A DNA stretch of 64,000 bases from Fonticula alba ATCC 38817 (GCA_000388065.2 KB932204.1); one strand, 5' to 3'; positions 36,826 through 50,028 are shown, counted from the stretch's first letter. Made by a program: numbers and translations. Notes: generated by a model not told the origin, from the letters alone.

Positions 36826-37524
36826 ACACAACTCCCGGCTGGAGGATAGGCAAGCTCTTTCCTCGATGCCGATTTACACGCCCACCCAACTACAATACAC
36901 AGCACACTCACACATGCCGCGTCACACACCCACTGCGAGGCCCGGGGCCATGTCCCCGGCGCGGGAAGCCAACAATACTTGCGCGCCCACCCTCTCCTCA
37001 CCCCCAGAACCAAGGTCAACATCAAATGTTCACCCGAATATCTGGCAGCCAATTATGTCTGACAATAGCTCTTGATCTCGAAGTGAACCTCAAATTTATT
37101 TTAGGAGAGCGTGTCACGTGAATGGGTTCTCAGCCGATCCATGGTCGATCGCTCTTTGGCGATGGACTTCCTGCTCTCTTTGTTTTTTTTCTTTCATTCC
37201 CTCCTGTACACTGAGTCCAAACGGAGGGAGTACTACCNNNNNNNNNNGGGGGGGGAGTATGTGCGCGTTCGAGGGGTGGTGGGCGGGCATCCTTCCCTGG
37301 GTTGGGGCCAGGGGAGATTGCGTCCGCGGAGAGGCCTTTCTTAAGGGCCGACGATGCCGCTGAGCCTCAAACCGGCTCCTGTATTGCCGCTCCCTCTCCC
37401 CCCTTCTCCTCTCCCCCCCTTCTCCTCTTTTCTCCCTCCCACATACGCGCACACACACACACACACATACACATACACACACACACACGGATACTTTCTG
37501 TGACCCCTTTTTTCCTGCGCCTCC

Positions 37525-40500
37525 ATGAGCCAGGCCCCGCCGCCCCAGTCGGCGGCCGACTCTAACCCCGGGGCACCGGCTGACTCGGGCGCCTCGTCGG
37601 CCTTTGGTGTCCTACGGCGGCTGCTCTTTTTGGGGGATGCCCCCTCGGCTGATCTGGCCGCACCGGGCCCCGGCACGGCTGGTCGGCCGTCTCATGGCCC
37701 GGGCCCGGGCCCGGGCCCGGGCCCTGCCGCAGACTCCTCGTCTATCGCGAGCTCGTTCTCCTCCCTCATGGGTTTCCTCTCGCCCACCGATGAGGCATCT
37801 CATGCTGGGTCGTTTGCCGGACACGCGTCGCTGGACCACGCATCGAGCTCCACGCAGTTGACTTCCTTCCCGCCGCCGCTGTTCGTCCCGCGGTCGACTG
37901 TCGTGCCGGATTCTGGCCCCGGCTTGGAGGCAACCCTGGATCCCGCCTCGGCTGCGGGCGGATTTCCCCCACCTGACCTTGAGGCCTTGTGCACGGCTCA
38001 ACGGCCGGCGGAACTGGCGCCGGAGGAGCCCCTCACGCCGGAGGGGGAGTTTTTCGAGGAGCCGGAAACGTGTGTCGCCCCTCCGCCTTTGTGATTCCCC
38101 TCCTTGGCCTTCCCTTTGGTGGGGGAATCTTCCTTGCTGGCATCCTGTCTGACTTCCCGCTTGCAGCTTCTTCCAGACAGTGGCCGCCCTTCGGGCCATT
38201 TGGCCGCACGGGGCCGATCTCTCCATCTCCACGCGGCCAGCCACAGATGACTCCTGCTCCTCGTGTGGGGAGCGCTTCACCGGTGTTCGTCGCCAGTGCG
38301 TGCCATTCGATTGGCCGACCCCGCGTCGATGCTCTTTCCCCCCCCCCCTGGCGCCTTCCTCACTCCTTGGTTGCCCTCATTTTCCATCCTCGCCCCCCTG
38401 CTGCTTGCCAACCCTCCGATTGGCTGTCCCTCCGGCTGTTGGCCCGTTCGTCGCCCCTCGGCCTGCTCCCTGGGCCCCGCCGACCCCTGAAACAGGGTCC
38501 CCTGCCATGTGTGTGTGCGGGATTTCTGTGCGAGTTGCACCACCTCGGCCATCATCCACCTGGACCCGGCCGCCGCCTTTCCCGGTGACAGTCTCGATCA
38601 CAGCTCCGTCAGTCGACTCTGGTGCGCGGGCCCTGCCCCTGCTGCGTGTTCCCTTCTTTCCCGCCCCCCCCCCCTCCCCTTCAAGGGCAGGAAGGCACGC
38701 CTGCTGCCTTGCCCTTTGGCGCGCCACCCTCCTGACCCAATCCCGCAGTTTCCACTGCTCCTCGATCGTCGGCGACATGGCCCTGCTGGGGCCGGTGCCT
38801 CGGTGCCCGGATGCCCCGGTGCCAATCTTCTCGCTAGACTCGCCGGCTGGCGGGCTGACACGCATCCTGGCCTCGCGGCGTCTGGCCAACTCGGCGCTGG
38901 GGATTGACCTGTCTTCCGCCGCGTCTGCCGCATACCTGCTGCTATCCCGCTCGAAGATCCCCTTCTCACATGTCACCTTCGGGGTGCACATCACGACGCT
39001 CTTCCGATCTCGCCGGCTGGCGGGCTGACACGCATCCTGGCCTCGCGGCGTCTGGCCAACTCGGCGCTGGGGATTGACCTGTCTTCCGCCGCGTCTGCCG
39101 CATACCTGCTGCTATCCCGCTCGAAGATCCCCTTCTCACATGTCACCTTCGGGGTGCACATCAACTCGTATCTGGCCCCGCGGCCGGATCCCGGCGCGCT
39201 GACCGACGCGCCGGCTCCCGTGGACCCTCGACCTCGACTGGCCTTCCGAACGAACCCGAACAGCCTCGCGGACTTTGCTCTTCCTCGCCAGACGCCGGTT
39301 CTGGTTCCCCCCCAAAAGGACACTTTGGTCCGATTCCAAGTCCCCACGTCCATCGGCCCGGCCTCGCACCTGCGCACCCGCCTGGCCCTGAGGTATGCCC
39401 AGCTCCTGCCACGCCGCCTCCTGTGTCTGCCTCTCTGGGACATTTCTCACCCCGCCTCGATTCCCTTTCCTTTTCCGCCGGGCTGCTCCCGATGAAAAAA
39501 AAAATTACACCACACCCCCCGAAGCCATCTCCGCCTGTCCACCAATCAGCCGATGGCCTCGGGCCCGGAATTGCTTCGGACACCGACTTCTCCCGAGGGC
39601 GTGCTCTCCTCGGCGGGCCGCGGGCCCCCGACGCAGACGCCGCTTCCGGCCAAATCGCCGGCTGCCACGTCGTCCTCCGATCAATCGACCGCGGCTACCT
39701 CGGCCCCCACGAAGCGGCCATCCCCCCGCCAGCCGGCACCCGTTACCCCGGCCGAGCTTGCGGCCGCCAAGCTGGATCTGAATGCGGTCCCGGGAGCCCC
39801 GCCCCCGGGGGATGTGATGGAGGCCCTCGTTCGCCGAGAGCTGGCCTGCTTTGCGCCCTCCTGGTCGCATCGGCTGCTGGACATGCTGGAGCCCGACATG
39901 CTGGATCACTTCTTGCGGCTCCTGGCCCAGCTTCTTGTCAATCAGCGGCTGGCTCTCGATTGGGCCGTGATCTTGTGCCATCTGCTGGCGCCGGCGGCGC
40001 AAACCATGCTCCGGTCGAGGGCCCGCACAGAGCAGGCTCTCTTCGCGCGGCAGTTCATCCACGTGAAGAAGCTGCCCCTGTGTCCGGCGACAGCGCCCGG
40101 GCCGGAGGCCGGGGGCCAATCTGCCGCCGGGAGCCTGGCCATGCGCCGCCGCTCGGACTTTGTCGGGGGCCTGGTCTTTTCCAAGGATCTAGCGCACCGG
40201 AAGATGCCAAGCTTCGTGGCCGAGCCCCGGGTGCTGTTGCTGAAGAATGGCTTCGATTTTTCCCGACACGCCTCATCCTTCGGGCCGCCCAGCTCAGGGG
40301 CCCGGTCCGGAAGTCCCGGTGCCACGGGCCCTGGTGGCGAGTCGGTTGACACCGGCTCGGGTTCCGGCTCCGGCTCCGGCTCCGGCCCCGGCTCCGGTTC
40401 TGGCTCTGGCCCCAGCCCGGGCTCCGGCCCCGGCTCCGGTCCGGGCCCCAGCCTTGGCCCCGGGCACATGGAGCTCACCATCAATGATCGAGAGGTGGAG

Positions 40501-43500
40501 TACCATCGATCGATGATCGCGCTGCTGTATCGCAACCGGCCGGATGCCATTTTCCTTGGCGGAAGCGCCAGCCGACTGGGGATCGACATGCTCCTGCGGC
40601 AGGACCCCTCGCCGCCGGCCATCTTCACGCATGTGAAGCCGCGCATCTTGCAGCTGCTGTCGCGCCTGACCGGGGCCGAGGTGGTGGATTGGATTGACCG
40701 AAAGCCGTCCGTGGCCCTGGGCCGGTGCGAGGCGGTTTTCGTGTCTCACCATCGGGTGGGTGTCCGAGCTGGCACGGGGTCCGGCGTGAAAACCCTGACT
40801 TTCCTGACCGGGCGCGGGGAAACCCGCGTCGGGACCGTGGTCCTGTGCGGGGCCCCGGCCGCCGAGCTGACTCGGGTGAAGAATGTCCTGCTGTTCCTCC
40901 TCCACACGGTGGTATCCATGGTCCGGGAGAGCGCCCTGCGGGCCGACATGTTCATGACCCCGGCGCGACCGGTGGTCCGGTCTCTGGCTGTGGATCTGGC
41001 CCTCTGGGCGGAGGGGTCCTTGGATGGGAGCCCAAGCGACCTGGCAGGGGGGGATCCCCTGGCCCGGCCGCGGGCTGCCATCCAGCGCATTCGGGCGATG
41101 GCCGCCAAACAGGGCTTCCGCTTGGCCTATCGGAATGCCCTTCACCAGGTTCTGTTGGACTACTTGCTGCTGGTAGATGGCCAAGCGCCGGCCGGGGCGC
41201 GCCTGCCGGTGAGTGTCGCCACCAGTCTCCGGGCCAGTCGCGATACCATTCTCTCCTCCTCGCCGTCGGTGGCCTTCCCCCTGTCGAAGTGCTTGCGCCA
41301 GGCCCTGGACCGGGTGCTGCTTGGGCACCCGGCCGGCATGGAGGCCGCCTTTGAGAGCCCCTGGTCCGAGTCTTTCCCGCTGGTGCCGGCCCCGGATGGG
41401 GCTCTGGACCTTGGGTCCCTGTCCGAGGCCCAAGTGTTGGATCTCTTCCGCCGGGCGGCCACCATTCAGAATGCCGAGCATGAGCTCTGCATGCGAGATG
41501 CCCGGCTCCAGGCCATTCTGCCCACCTTGCGGCCGCTGTCACGCGGGTGCATCTCCCTGCTGACCAGTGTCGGAAATGCGCCGGGCGCGCGTGCCCCCTG
41601 CCGCCCGCCGAGCCTGCTGACCATTGTCATTAATAGCTGTGCGTCTGCGGGGGCATTGGTGGCGCTTGCTTTGCGTGCCCTTCTTTCTTTTTCCCTCGTC
41701 CGCTCGCTCGCCCCGGTCCTTCGCGCACTTCATGCCTCCATGCTCGACAATTCCCCATCCCCCTTTGCTGACTTGTAGGAGGGGCGGGGGGGCCAAAAAA
41801 AAAAAAAAAAAAAAGACCGCGACATGACGCTTGGGCACTTCATCGTGGACATTTGCCAGCAAGCCATGCCGGCCCCCTTCGCCGGGAGTTCGGCCAGCGA
41901 CAGCAACCGCCCGCGGACGGTCTATTGCACTGCCTGCACGCAGCCATACCTACTTCACACGCGCACCTTCGCCCATGGGAACACCCGGGTGGCGGTTCGG
42001 ACAAGCAAGAATCCCTCCCCCATCCCGGGGTCGCTGGAGTCCATCCATGTTTGGTCCAAGTGCAAGATTTGTTCGCTGAGTATGCTGCCTCGCTGCTTTC
42101 CCCCTGCTGCGGTCTCCTTCCGCCCTGGCCGCGGAGCTGCCTTCCCTGGCCCTGGTGCTGTCTGGTAGCTGACCCTGCTTTTGCGCCTCCATCCCCTCCC
42201 CCCCCCCTCCGCCGTGGCTCTGTAGCCTCGCCGGTGTCTCTCCTTTCGGACCAGGCCTACTCCCTGTCGGTGGGCAAGTTCTTTGAGCTCTTCTTCCACG
42301 ATCGGGCCTCGGCTCTGAGCGAGGATCTGCGCTCCGAGCGTGGGCGCTGTGAGCACTCCTTCTTCCGGGCCTGCTCCATCTTCTTCTCCTTCCAGAACAT
42401 CCAAGTGGAGTTGAATGCTCTCGAGGTCCACCGCCTGAATATTGTCCTCCCGCCGCGCCTTCTCCATGTGCCTGGGCTCATGGCGGCCCGGCTGAACCTC
42501 CCAGCGGCCGAGGTCGATTCTCGGGAGGCGGCACGCTTCGCCGTTGTGGCCAATGCATTGGGCTCCCTCTTCACCTCCATCAGCACCATGCTGCAGAGTG
42601 CGTCGCGGCCTTCGCGCAAGCCCTGGCCCTGGTTGCTGCCGTTCCTCCTTTCCATCCGGCCCCCGGCTGGGCCACCCCATGCGCCTGGCCCTTTTCTCGC
42701 CCTCCTTTATCCCTTGGCCCCCCCCCCCCCGCCCCCCTCTCACTCGCTCGCTCTCTCTCTCTCTTCCCCGCTCTCTCCCTTTGCATCTCTCGGAATAGGG
42801 GTCGCCAACTTCTTGGTGATCCCGGCCCTGGAGAAGCCGCTGGAGGCTGTGCTCAATCTCCTCAGCCAGCAGGTGGCCCTGGACCAGGCAGACTTCGAAA
42901 GCAGGCTGGCCGGCATCCAGGAGGCCGAGCGCCTGCTCCTCAGGCAACCATCGGACGCGGCCCGAAGCCGTTTGGCGGCATTGCTGGCCACACTGCCGGT
43001 GTCGCACGACCCGCGGCATCCGGTGGTGGACGCGCATCTGGCCTTCGGCGTGGCCGAGGGCATCACCGCCCTCGGGCTGGAGAATGCCTGGCAGCGCCAT
43101 CCGCCGGTGCCTTTCCTGCTGGCGGCCCTGAGCCGCGACCTGCACGAGTATTTCATCCAGTGGTCATACATCCTCCGGCATGTGGTATTCTACTATGCGC
43201 ACGGGGGCCTTCTCCTTTCCCCGGCCCAGCTGTCCCTGACAACGGTGTCGGGGTATGAAATTGCGGCGCTCAATCCGCTGGACTTCTTTGCCGTGGTGCA
43301 GCCGGCCATTCCGGCCGACATGTCGGCCGATGGCCTGAACGATGCACCGGTCGACACGCCGCCCGAAGCCGGGCCCATGCACACGCGGGTGCACTCGGGT
43401 CAGGAGTCGTCCGGATCGGCGGCGGACCTGTTGCCTGGCGCCCCGAATGAGGGGGCTGCCTCGGGGCCTCCCTCGGCGGCCCCGGCGCCATCCAGCTCCG

Positions 43501-45163
43501 AGGGGGATCTGGCGTCCAGGCAAGTGCCAGTGGCGACGTCTGCATCGGCCGATGCGCTGCCGGCCACGAGGCTGGCCATTTCCACGAGCCGGATGTCGGT
43601 GGCGGTCTCGGCCACGACGACCGGCCTCGGGACCAGTGCCCTGCCGTCGTCTCAGCTGCTGGCCGTCTTGGCAGACAAGAACATGCCCTTCGTGCGGGCC
43701 CTGCTCCGGCGGCGCCCGCACTTGGCCGCCTCGCTGGGGCCCATTTCCTGTCAGAAGGTGGCCTACCCGAAGGAGATCGATGTCATGCTGGTGGATGCGG
43801 TGATGAATCTCTCCCGGCCGGGGGCTGGAGGCCGCGACATCAGCAGCGGGTCGCCCGGTACGGCGACCCCGGCCACGGTCCCCGGAACCCCGGATGACCT
43901 TCTTTCCCCGGAGCCCTCGCGCCCGGCATCCCCAGGCCCGGGTTCCGCTGGCTCGCCCTCCTTCCCGGTCAATCCATTTGATGCCTTGCGGCCGGAGGAG
44001 CTTCCCACGGCCACCGGCATGGCCTGCTCCTCGACCTCCGACTCGGAGCCGGAGCCGGTGCCCGGCTCGGGCGAAGACTCGGCCTCGGCTGGGTGCTCGC
44101 CGTCGGGACCCACATTGACGGAGCTTCTCATGGCGGAGGTGAACAGCCAGGCAGCGGCTGAGGCCGAGGTCGCGGCACTCACCGCCCTCGAGGCTGGATC
44201 TCCGGCGGCGGCGGCGGCGGCAAACACATCATCAGTCCTGGCCGAGACCGGCGAAGTGGCGGCCATGCCGATTGGCTCGACGCTTGGCCGCGCGCCGCAG
44301 GCCACCGATACGCCGGCCTCGAGCTTTGTCGACGCTCCGGGCTACCTGCTGCCCAGTGGCTCGGGCTTCTCGCTGCCGGTGGCACTGCCGGCAGCCGGCC
44401 GCGAGCAGGCCACAGCGCCTTCGCTCGGGAGCGCCCTGGAGCCGGCCAGTGTGTCTCTACCGGCGGAGTTCCAGGTGGCCACCGGGCCTCCGCCAATCCC
44501 GGCACTTGTGGATCCTCTCCCGAAGGGAACGCTCATCTTCGAGGGGTCCGACATTCCCGTGTCTTTGGACAATCCGATGTCGATTGTGGCCTTTTGCATG
44601 AAGTGCGTGTTCCGTGGCTCCACTCTTCATATGCGCTGCTGTCCTGGCACTGACATTGGTCACTTGGTGGTCCTTCCCTGCCTGCTGCAGTTCCCCGCAG
44701 TACCGGCAGAATTTGGTGCACATCCGGAAACGCGTGCGGGCCACCAATGTTCCTGGCTCTTCTAAGACCTCGCCGCCGATGCTGGATTTGCCAATCCCCC
44801 CCCGGCCGGGGCAGGCACCTGTCAACGACGTGCCGGTGACCGCCTCCACAACCGAAGCCGAGGGGCATCCGGTGGGGGCCGGGTTGCCTGCCGCCGCCGC
44901 TGCCGCCGCCGCCGGCCATCCCCAGCCGACAGCCTCGCAGGCCGACCGCGAGGAGTATTTGGCCTCGCTGGCCTACCTATCCCACTTTTCGCCCCAGCAT
45001 CGGAAATTCGGTACGCACCACGACAATGTGGTTCTCTCTCTCTTTCTCTCTCTTTCTCTCTCTCTCTCTTTCTCTCTTTCTCTCTCTCTCTCTTTCTCTC
45101 TTTCTCGCTCTCTCTCTCTCTCTTTCTCTCCCTCTCTCGCTCTCTCTCTCTCTCTTTCTCTCC

Positions 45164-45229
<66 letters not shown>

Positions 45230-46390
45230 GGTCCTCGACTTCCTGTGTGCCCCGCCTGCCCTCTGCTCGTTTTTCTCCCCGCACGCCGAGATGAGCTTCA
45301 CGTGCTGACTTCACATGCCTCGACGACTGCCTCCCCTGCCCTACCCTCTTTCCTCTTGCCCCTGCTCTTCCTTCCCCCCCCCCCCCCCCCTGAAACCAAG
45401 ATTTCTCCCACGGCGCTACGCAATTCTCCTGCAAGATGCTCTTCCTGGATCAGTTCCACGAGCTGCGCCGACGCTGTGGCGTGGACCACCAGGCGTTCAT
45501 CGCCTCGATGTCGGACTGCCGTGCGTTCGATGCTCGGGGCGGCAAGTCCAGCGCGTCATTCTTCATCTCGGCCGATGGGCGGTTCATCATCAAGCAGGTC
45601 AACCGGCCGGAGCTCTTCTCGCTGCAGGGCTTCATGAAGGAGTACTTCAACCATATGATCGGCGTGCTGAATTGGCACCAGCCGGTGGAAAGTGCCCTTG
45701 CCAAGATCTTGGGCATTTTCCGGATCTCCATCAAGCGCCCAGGCGGGTCGATTGGCCGGACGGATTACATTGTCATGGAGAATGTCTTCTTCAGCCGGCC
45801 GAACATCAGTCGCAAGTACGACCTGAAGGGGTCACTGCGGAGCCGGTATGCGCCGTTGACCGGCGACTCGAATGATGTCCTGCTGGATGAGAATCTCCTG
45901 GAGAGTGCGTATTAATTTGGCCGTCTCTTGGGGTGTCTTCCGTTCTTCTTCTTCTTCTTTTTTTTTTTTTACATTGCCCCTTCCTCGGTTTGCTTCACCA
46001 TTTGTGGTGCTCCGTTTTGCTGACCCTGGGCCGCTTGGTGGGCCGTGGAGCATAGCCATGCACTCGGAGCCGCTGTATGTGTATCACGAGCAGAAGCACC
46101 GGCTCATGGAGGCCATTCGCAACGACTCGGAGCTGCTGGTGTCCTGCAACATCATTGACTATTCGCTTCTGGTGGGGGTGGACCCGGTGACTGGAGATCT
46201 GGTGGCCGCCATCGTGGACTACATCCGGACGTATACATGGGACAAGAAGCTCGAGCGCTGGGTCAAGGAGACCGGGCTCCTCGGGGGCGGAAGCCAGGCG
46301 CCGACCATCCTCAGTCCGCAGATGTACCAAGACCGATTCCGTCGGGCCATTGACAGCTACCTGCAGGTGGTGCCGGAGTCGCACAGCTGA
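37525..46390 (+). CDS. FAB1: 1-phosphatidylinositol-3-phosphate 5-kinase FAB1/PIKfyve (FYVE, CCT-like, CCR and PIP kinase domains), multi-exon
   Basis: FYVE cysteines across introns 38296-38495 and 38622-38748. CCT-like domain: GLVFSKDLAHRKM…PRVLLL…KTLTFLTG…GTVVLCGAPAAELTRVK. CCR: SLSVGKFFELFF…CEHSFFR. Kinase: GGKSSASFFISADGRFIIKQV, YDLKGSLRSR, DYSLLVGVD, IVDYIRTYTWDKKLERWVK, PTILSPQMYQDRFRRAI. Stop TGA 46388-46390. Confidence 0.95.
38841..39163 (+). other. False 153-nt tandem duplication joined by Illumina adapter sequence inside FAB1
   Basis: 38841-38993 equals 39011-39163. The junction 38992-39010 reads CACGACGCTCTTCCGATCT, the 3' end of the TruSeq universal adapter. Confidence 0.92.
45032..45227. 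repeat. Imperfect (CT)n polypyrimidine microsatellite, about 200 nt, in a FAB1 intron
   Basis: Read directly; lies after the GTACGC donor near 45011. Confidence 0.9.
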
Positions 46391-46711
46391 GAGCCGGCAT
46401 TTTCACATGGGGACCGACAATGGCAATATAGAATGTGTCCTGCTCGGCTCGAGAGCATCCATGGGGGTAGAAGAGGGAGAGGATCGGGCGAGAGGAGGAG
46501 AAGGAAGGAAAGGGAGTTCCCGAGGAAGAGGGGGGTGATGTGCGGATTTGCGGTCCTCCCGGTGGTGTGGTGCCAGTATCGGAAGCAGACATGCATGTGT
46601 ATTTTTGTGGAGAGAGGGGGGGGGGGGGGGGGAAGAGCGAAGCATAGGGTGGGGCTCCCTCCCGGGGGTTGCGCAGTCGCTGGAATGGGAAGCAGAACAG
46701 GGAGCAGACTC

Positions 46712-46829
46712 TTAGACAGACTCGGAAGAGTGGTAGCTGGCCTCGACGTCCTTCTCCTGGTAGGCGGGCTCGTTGTTCTCGTAGTGAGAGTGCTGGGGCT
46801 GCTGCAGGGCGGCCGGCTCAGCCTGCTGG

Positions 46830-46864
<35 letters not shown>

Positions 46865-47536
46865 CGGGGCCGAGATCGGGGCCGAGGTCTTGTTGGAAGA
46901 GGAGGAGGAAGAGGAGGTGACATTGCCGGAGATGGTGCCGAGGGGAGCGGCGTTGAAGCCACGCGGCAGAAGGTTGACAAGGGCGAGGACGGTGATGGCG
47001 ATCTTCAGGATGACCACGATAATGAGACAGCTGTAATTGGTGCTTGTTAGAGAGGCGAGAGAGGCGAGAGAGGCGAGAGAGGCGAGAGAGAGAGGGGGAA
47101 AGCAAGAGAGGACATGGCGGAGGGAAAGAACCGGTCGGGTGGGAAGCCGGACCAGAGGGAGGGAGAGGAGAGGGAACGCACACAGCGCTGAAGGCGGTCG
47201 AGGAGGCACCCCAGTAGGACTGAATGGCCAGGACGGCAATGTCGATGGCCACAGAGGCGGGGAAGGTGACGAAGACCGACAGGAGGAGGAAGTGGTTGTC
47301 GGGCAGGTTATCGGTGACCAGAGCCAGGGCAAAGAGGACCGCCGACACGCCGGTGTTGATGTACATGCCACCCATCATGGTGAAGAACTAAGACAAGAAG
47401 GAAGGGAACCCGGGAAGGCCGCGGTCAGGGAGAAGGCCAAGCAGGGGGGGGGGGGGGGGGCAGGGCAAAAAAGGGCCGGAGAATGTTGGTGACGCACAAG
47501 ACCCGCGAGGGAGAGATAAGACACGAGGCCGCGCAT
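46712..47536 (-). CDS. Small multi-pass membrane protein with a Ser/Gln-rich tail; AGTRAP-like
   Basis: Exons 47536-47498, 47387-47182 and 47030-46712 (GTGCGT donors, phases compatible). Product: MRGLVSYLSLAGL|FFTMMGGMYINTGVSAVLFALALVTDNL…FLLLSVFVTFPASVAIDIAVLAI…FSAV|CLIIVVILKIAITVLALVNLLPRGF…QQQQQQQQQ…ESV*. The Y-x-N, DI and ILK pattern resembles AGTRAP. Confidence 0.6.
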
Positions 47537-48660
47537 GGTGGAAAGAGGAAATCCTTGGCGGGCGGGAAGTGCACCGGGCGGAGAGAAGGGGAGACGAAAA
47601 GAGAGGTGAGGGGGACAGGGTCTGCTAGGACAGAGGCAGTTGTCAGGCCTTGCCGCACAAAGACCGTTCCCTTGGCGGGACCTTATATGTGTGTGTGTGT
47701 GGGCAGTCACCGGGGCGGGGGGGCGGGGGTCAGCGAGAGGCGGGGGAGGCTGATTGTCGGGGCCATCGGGAGGGGCCTCGGCCGTCGGGCTGGTCCACGA
47801 ACCCGAAACACGGACCCAACGGCCGGCCGGGGCCCGCGACGAGTCCACAATCGCGGCGGGGGGGTCTGGTCGCGGCTACGTGGGGACCCGTGCCGAGCAC
47901 CGACTTCCGGGAATGGCCCGAGCCGTGGAGCGCCAGCATTTTCTCCTCGTCCGGGAGGGGCATCCTACCCTCGCCGAAACGCGCGCCTCAGGTTCCCCCC
48001 CCCCCTGGGCCAGTTACGGGCAACATAACACACTCCAGGCGGAAGATAATCGGTGCCAACTGCCCAAATCATGCTCCAGCCCTGCAACTTGGGCGGCCGA
48101 AGGTTGCCCCATCGGCCGTCATCCCACTCAGGCGCAGGTCACAGGTCCGGCCCGCCCGGGAGGGGGGCGAGTTCCCGCGCCGAGGGGGGCAGATATACGT
48201 GGGAACTGTGCTTGGGAGGGAGATGAGTCTCGACCGGGGGGCCGCAGATGGTGACCGCCCACGGCCGGAGGGTAAAATGCCACGCCCGGATGGATTGGGC
48301 CCAGAAGGGGGGAACGGAAAATTATACATACCCTTGCGCATGCGTGGGGGGTATGCATGCCCCCCCCTACCCCGGCACGCGGGCGCAGAGGAGCACGCAT
48401 CCGGAAAAAGAGCATCCTCAAGACCGCCGAGGCCGCGTGTGCCACTCCAGACCGAGGGGGGGGGGGGGGGAGGAGACGGGCACCCCTCGCCGTGCCGCGC
48501 CAGACAAGACCACACATGCATCCAAGAGTCGGCAGCTTGTGTCTCCGTGAGGCCCGGCCCGCGTCCAGGTGAAATGGCGTTCCCGAAAGGGGCGCATCTT
48601 CCGTCGCGCCCCAGCCGGAGCCGCGTGGATTCTTTTGCCGGCCTGGGATGGGCCCGGACC

Positions 48661-48868
48661 ATGGGACCGAGATCTAAGAGAGCCCACAAGGACTTCTGGC
48701 CTCTTCTCCCCGAGCTGCTTTCCATCGCGACTGCCATCTCCCTGTACGTGGCCTGCCCTGTCCCTCTCTCCTCCCCGTCCCCGTCCCCCTCTTCCCTCTG
48801 TTTTTTTTCCGTGCAGGAATGACTATAAATTGCACGTCCGTCTGAGCCTTTGGTCCTCCCTTTTATAG
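48661..48868 (+). other. Spliced orphan transcript or micro-ORF (44 aa from ATG 48661; 73 aa from ATG 48574)
   Basis: Well-formed intron 48744-48816 (GTACGT, pyrimidine tract, GCAG). A second acceptor-like CTGAC…TTTTTAG ends near 48979. No recognisable protein motif. Confidence 0.3.
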
Positions 48869-50028
48869 GTCCATCGGTTATCCATGATAGTGAGATTTCT
48901 GTATTACCGCACATCCCCCCCCTCCTCCTCTTTCCTTCCTTCCTTCCACCCTCCTCTGACATTTTCCTCCCCTTTTTAGTGTCCGTGAGATCCAGCATCC
49001 GGCTGATCGCTCGTTCAAGAGCTCCCTTTCTTTTAATAATTGAGCATTTGGGATCGTCGCGATCGGGACATCAGGGGGGGGGGAAGATGCGAGCGCGCAT
49101 TGCGAGGGGGGGGGAGTGAGAGGGGCAAGTTGGGTGGTTTTGATGAAGGCCCAGTGTCTGGTGACCCGGTGCGCCTGTCGGGCGGGGGGGGGCCGGTGCA
49201 TCCCCGATGTCTCTCTGCGCGCACACCTTGCTGTGCACTTCCATAAGAGAGGAGACCCTGCGGCAAGAGAGCGAGACACCTCCTTCTGTGCCCCTAGGAA
49301 GAGAACTATCCACACTCGACAGTGGGAGACACCGAGGAGGCCCGAGCGGAGGATCTCGGCCAGATACACGCGGCCGTGCGTTTCCCCCCCCCCCCCGACC
49401 CCCCCCCCCCCCCCCACCACCCTCTCCCCCATCCCCTAACTCACAACTCCCCACTCTACTTTCTATTTATTTCTTAGTTGTTACTATTCACGTCATGTTT
49501 TTTCCTATTCTCTACTTCTTTTCTTCCTTCTCTCGCTCTCTCTCTCTCTCTTTCTCTCCTTCTCTCTCTCTTNNNNNNNNNNNNNNNNNNNNNNNNNNNN
49601 NNNNNNNNNNNNNNCCCCCCCCCCCCCCCCCCCGAGCAAGGTGCACTTCTTTTTCTATGTAAAGATTTATTTGGGATTGTCGAATTTGCTCTTCGTTTCC
49701 GGACAAGGGCAGCTGTTTTTCCCCTTTCCCACGCACAGCCCAGTTCTTCCTCCTTCTGTCTCCTCGCTCTTGCGCTCTCTGTCCCTCTTCCTTGCCGAGA
49801 CACGCAAGGGGTCTAAATCTCTCCTCGGTCGGCCGGCCGGCCGGCGCCGCGCCCAGGATATGGCCGGGCACAGCAGCACGCGGCAGACCGCCCGCCAACC
49901 GAGGAAGAAGGGATTTCTCCGAGCAACGTAACAAAGAGATCTGGCGCGAGGAAGGACTAAAGGGATCCCCCAGAGGGAGAGAAGGATACACCGGGCGAGT
50001 GTGAGAGGAGACAGATGGCTCACGCGCC

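Noticed and set aside
38841-39163. Apparent biological tandem duplication or FAB1 pseudogenisation
   Set aside because: The junction is Illumina adapter sequence, and removing it restores the frame.
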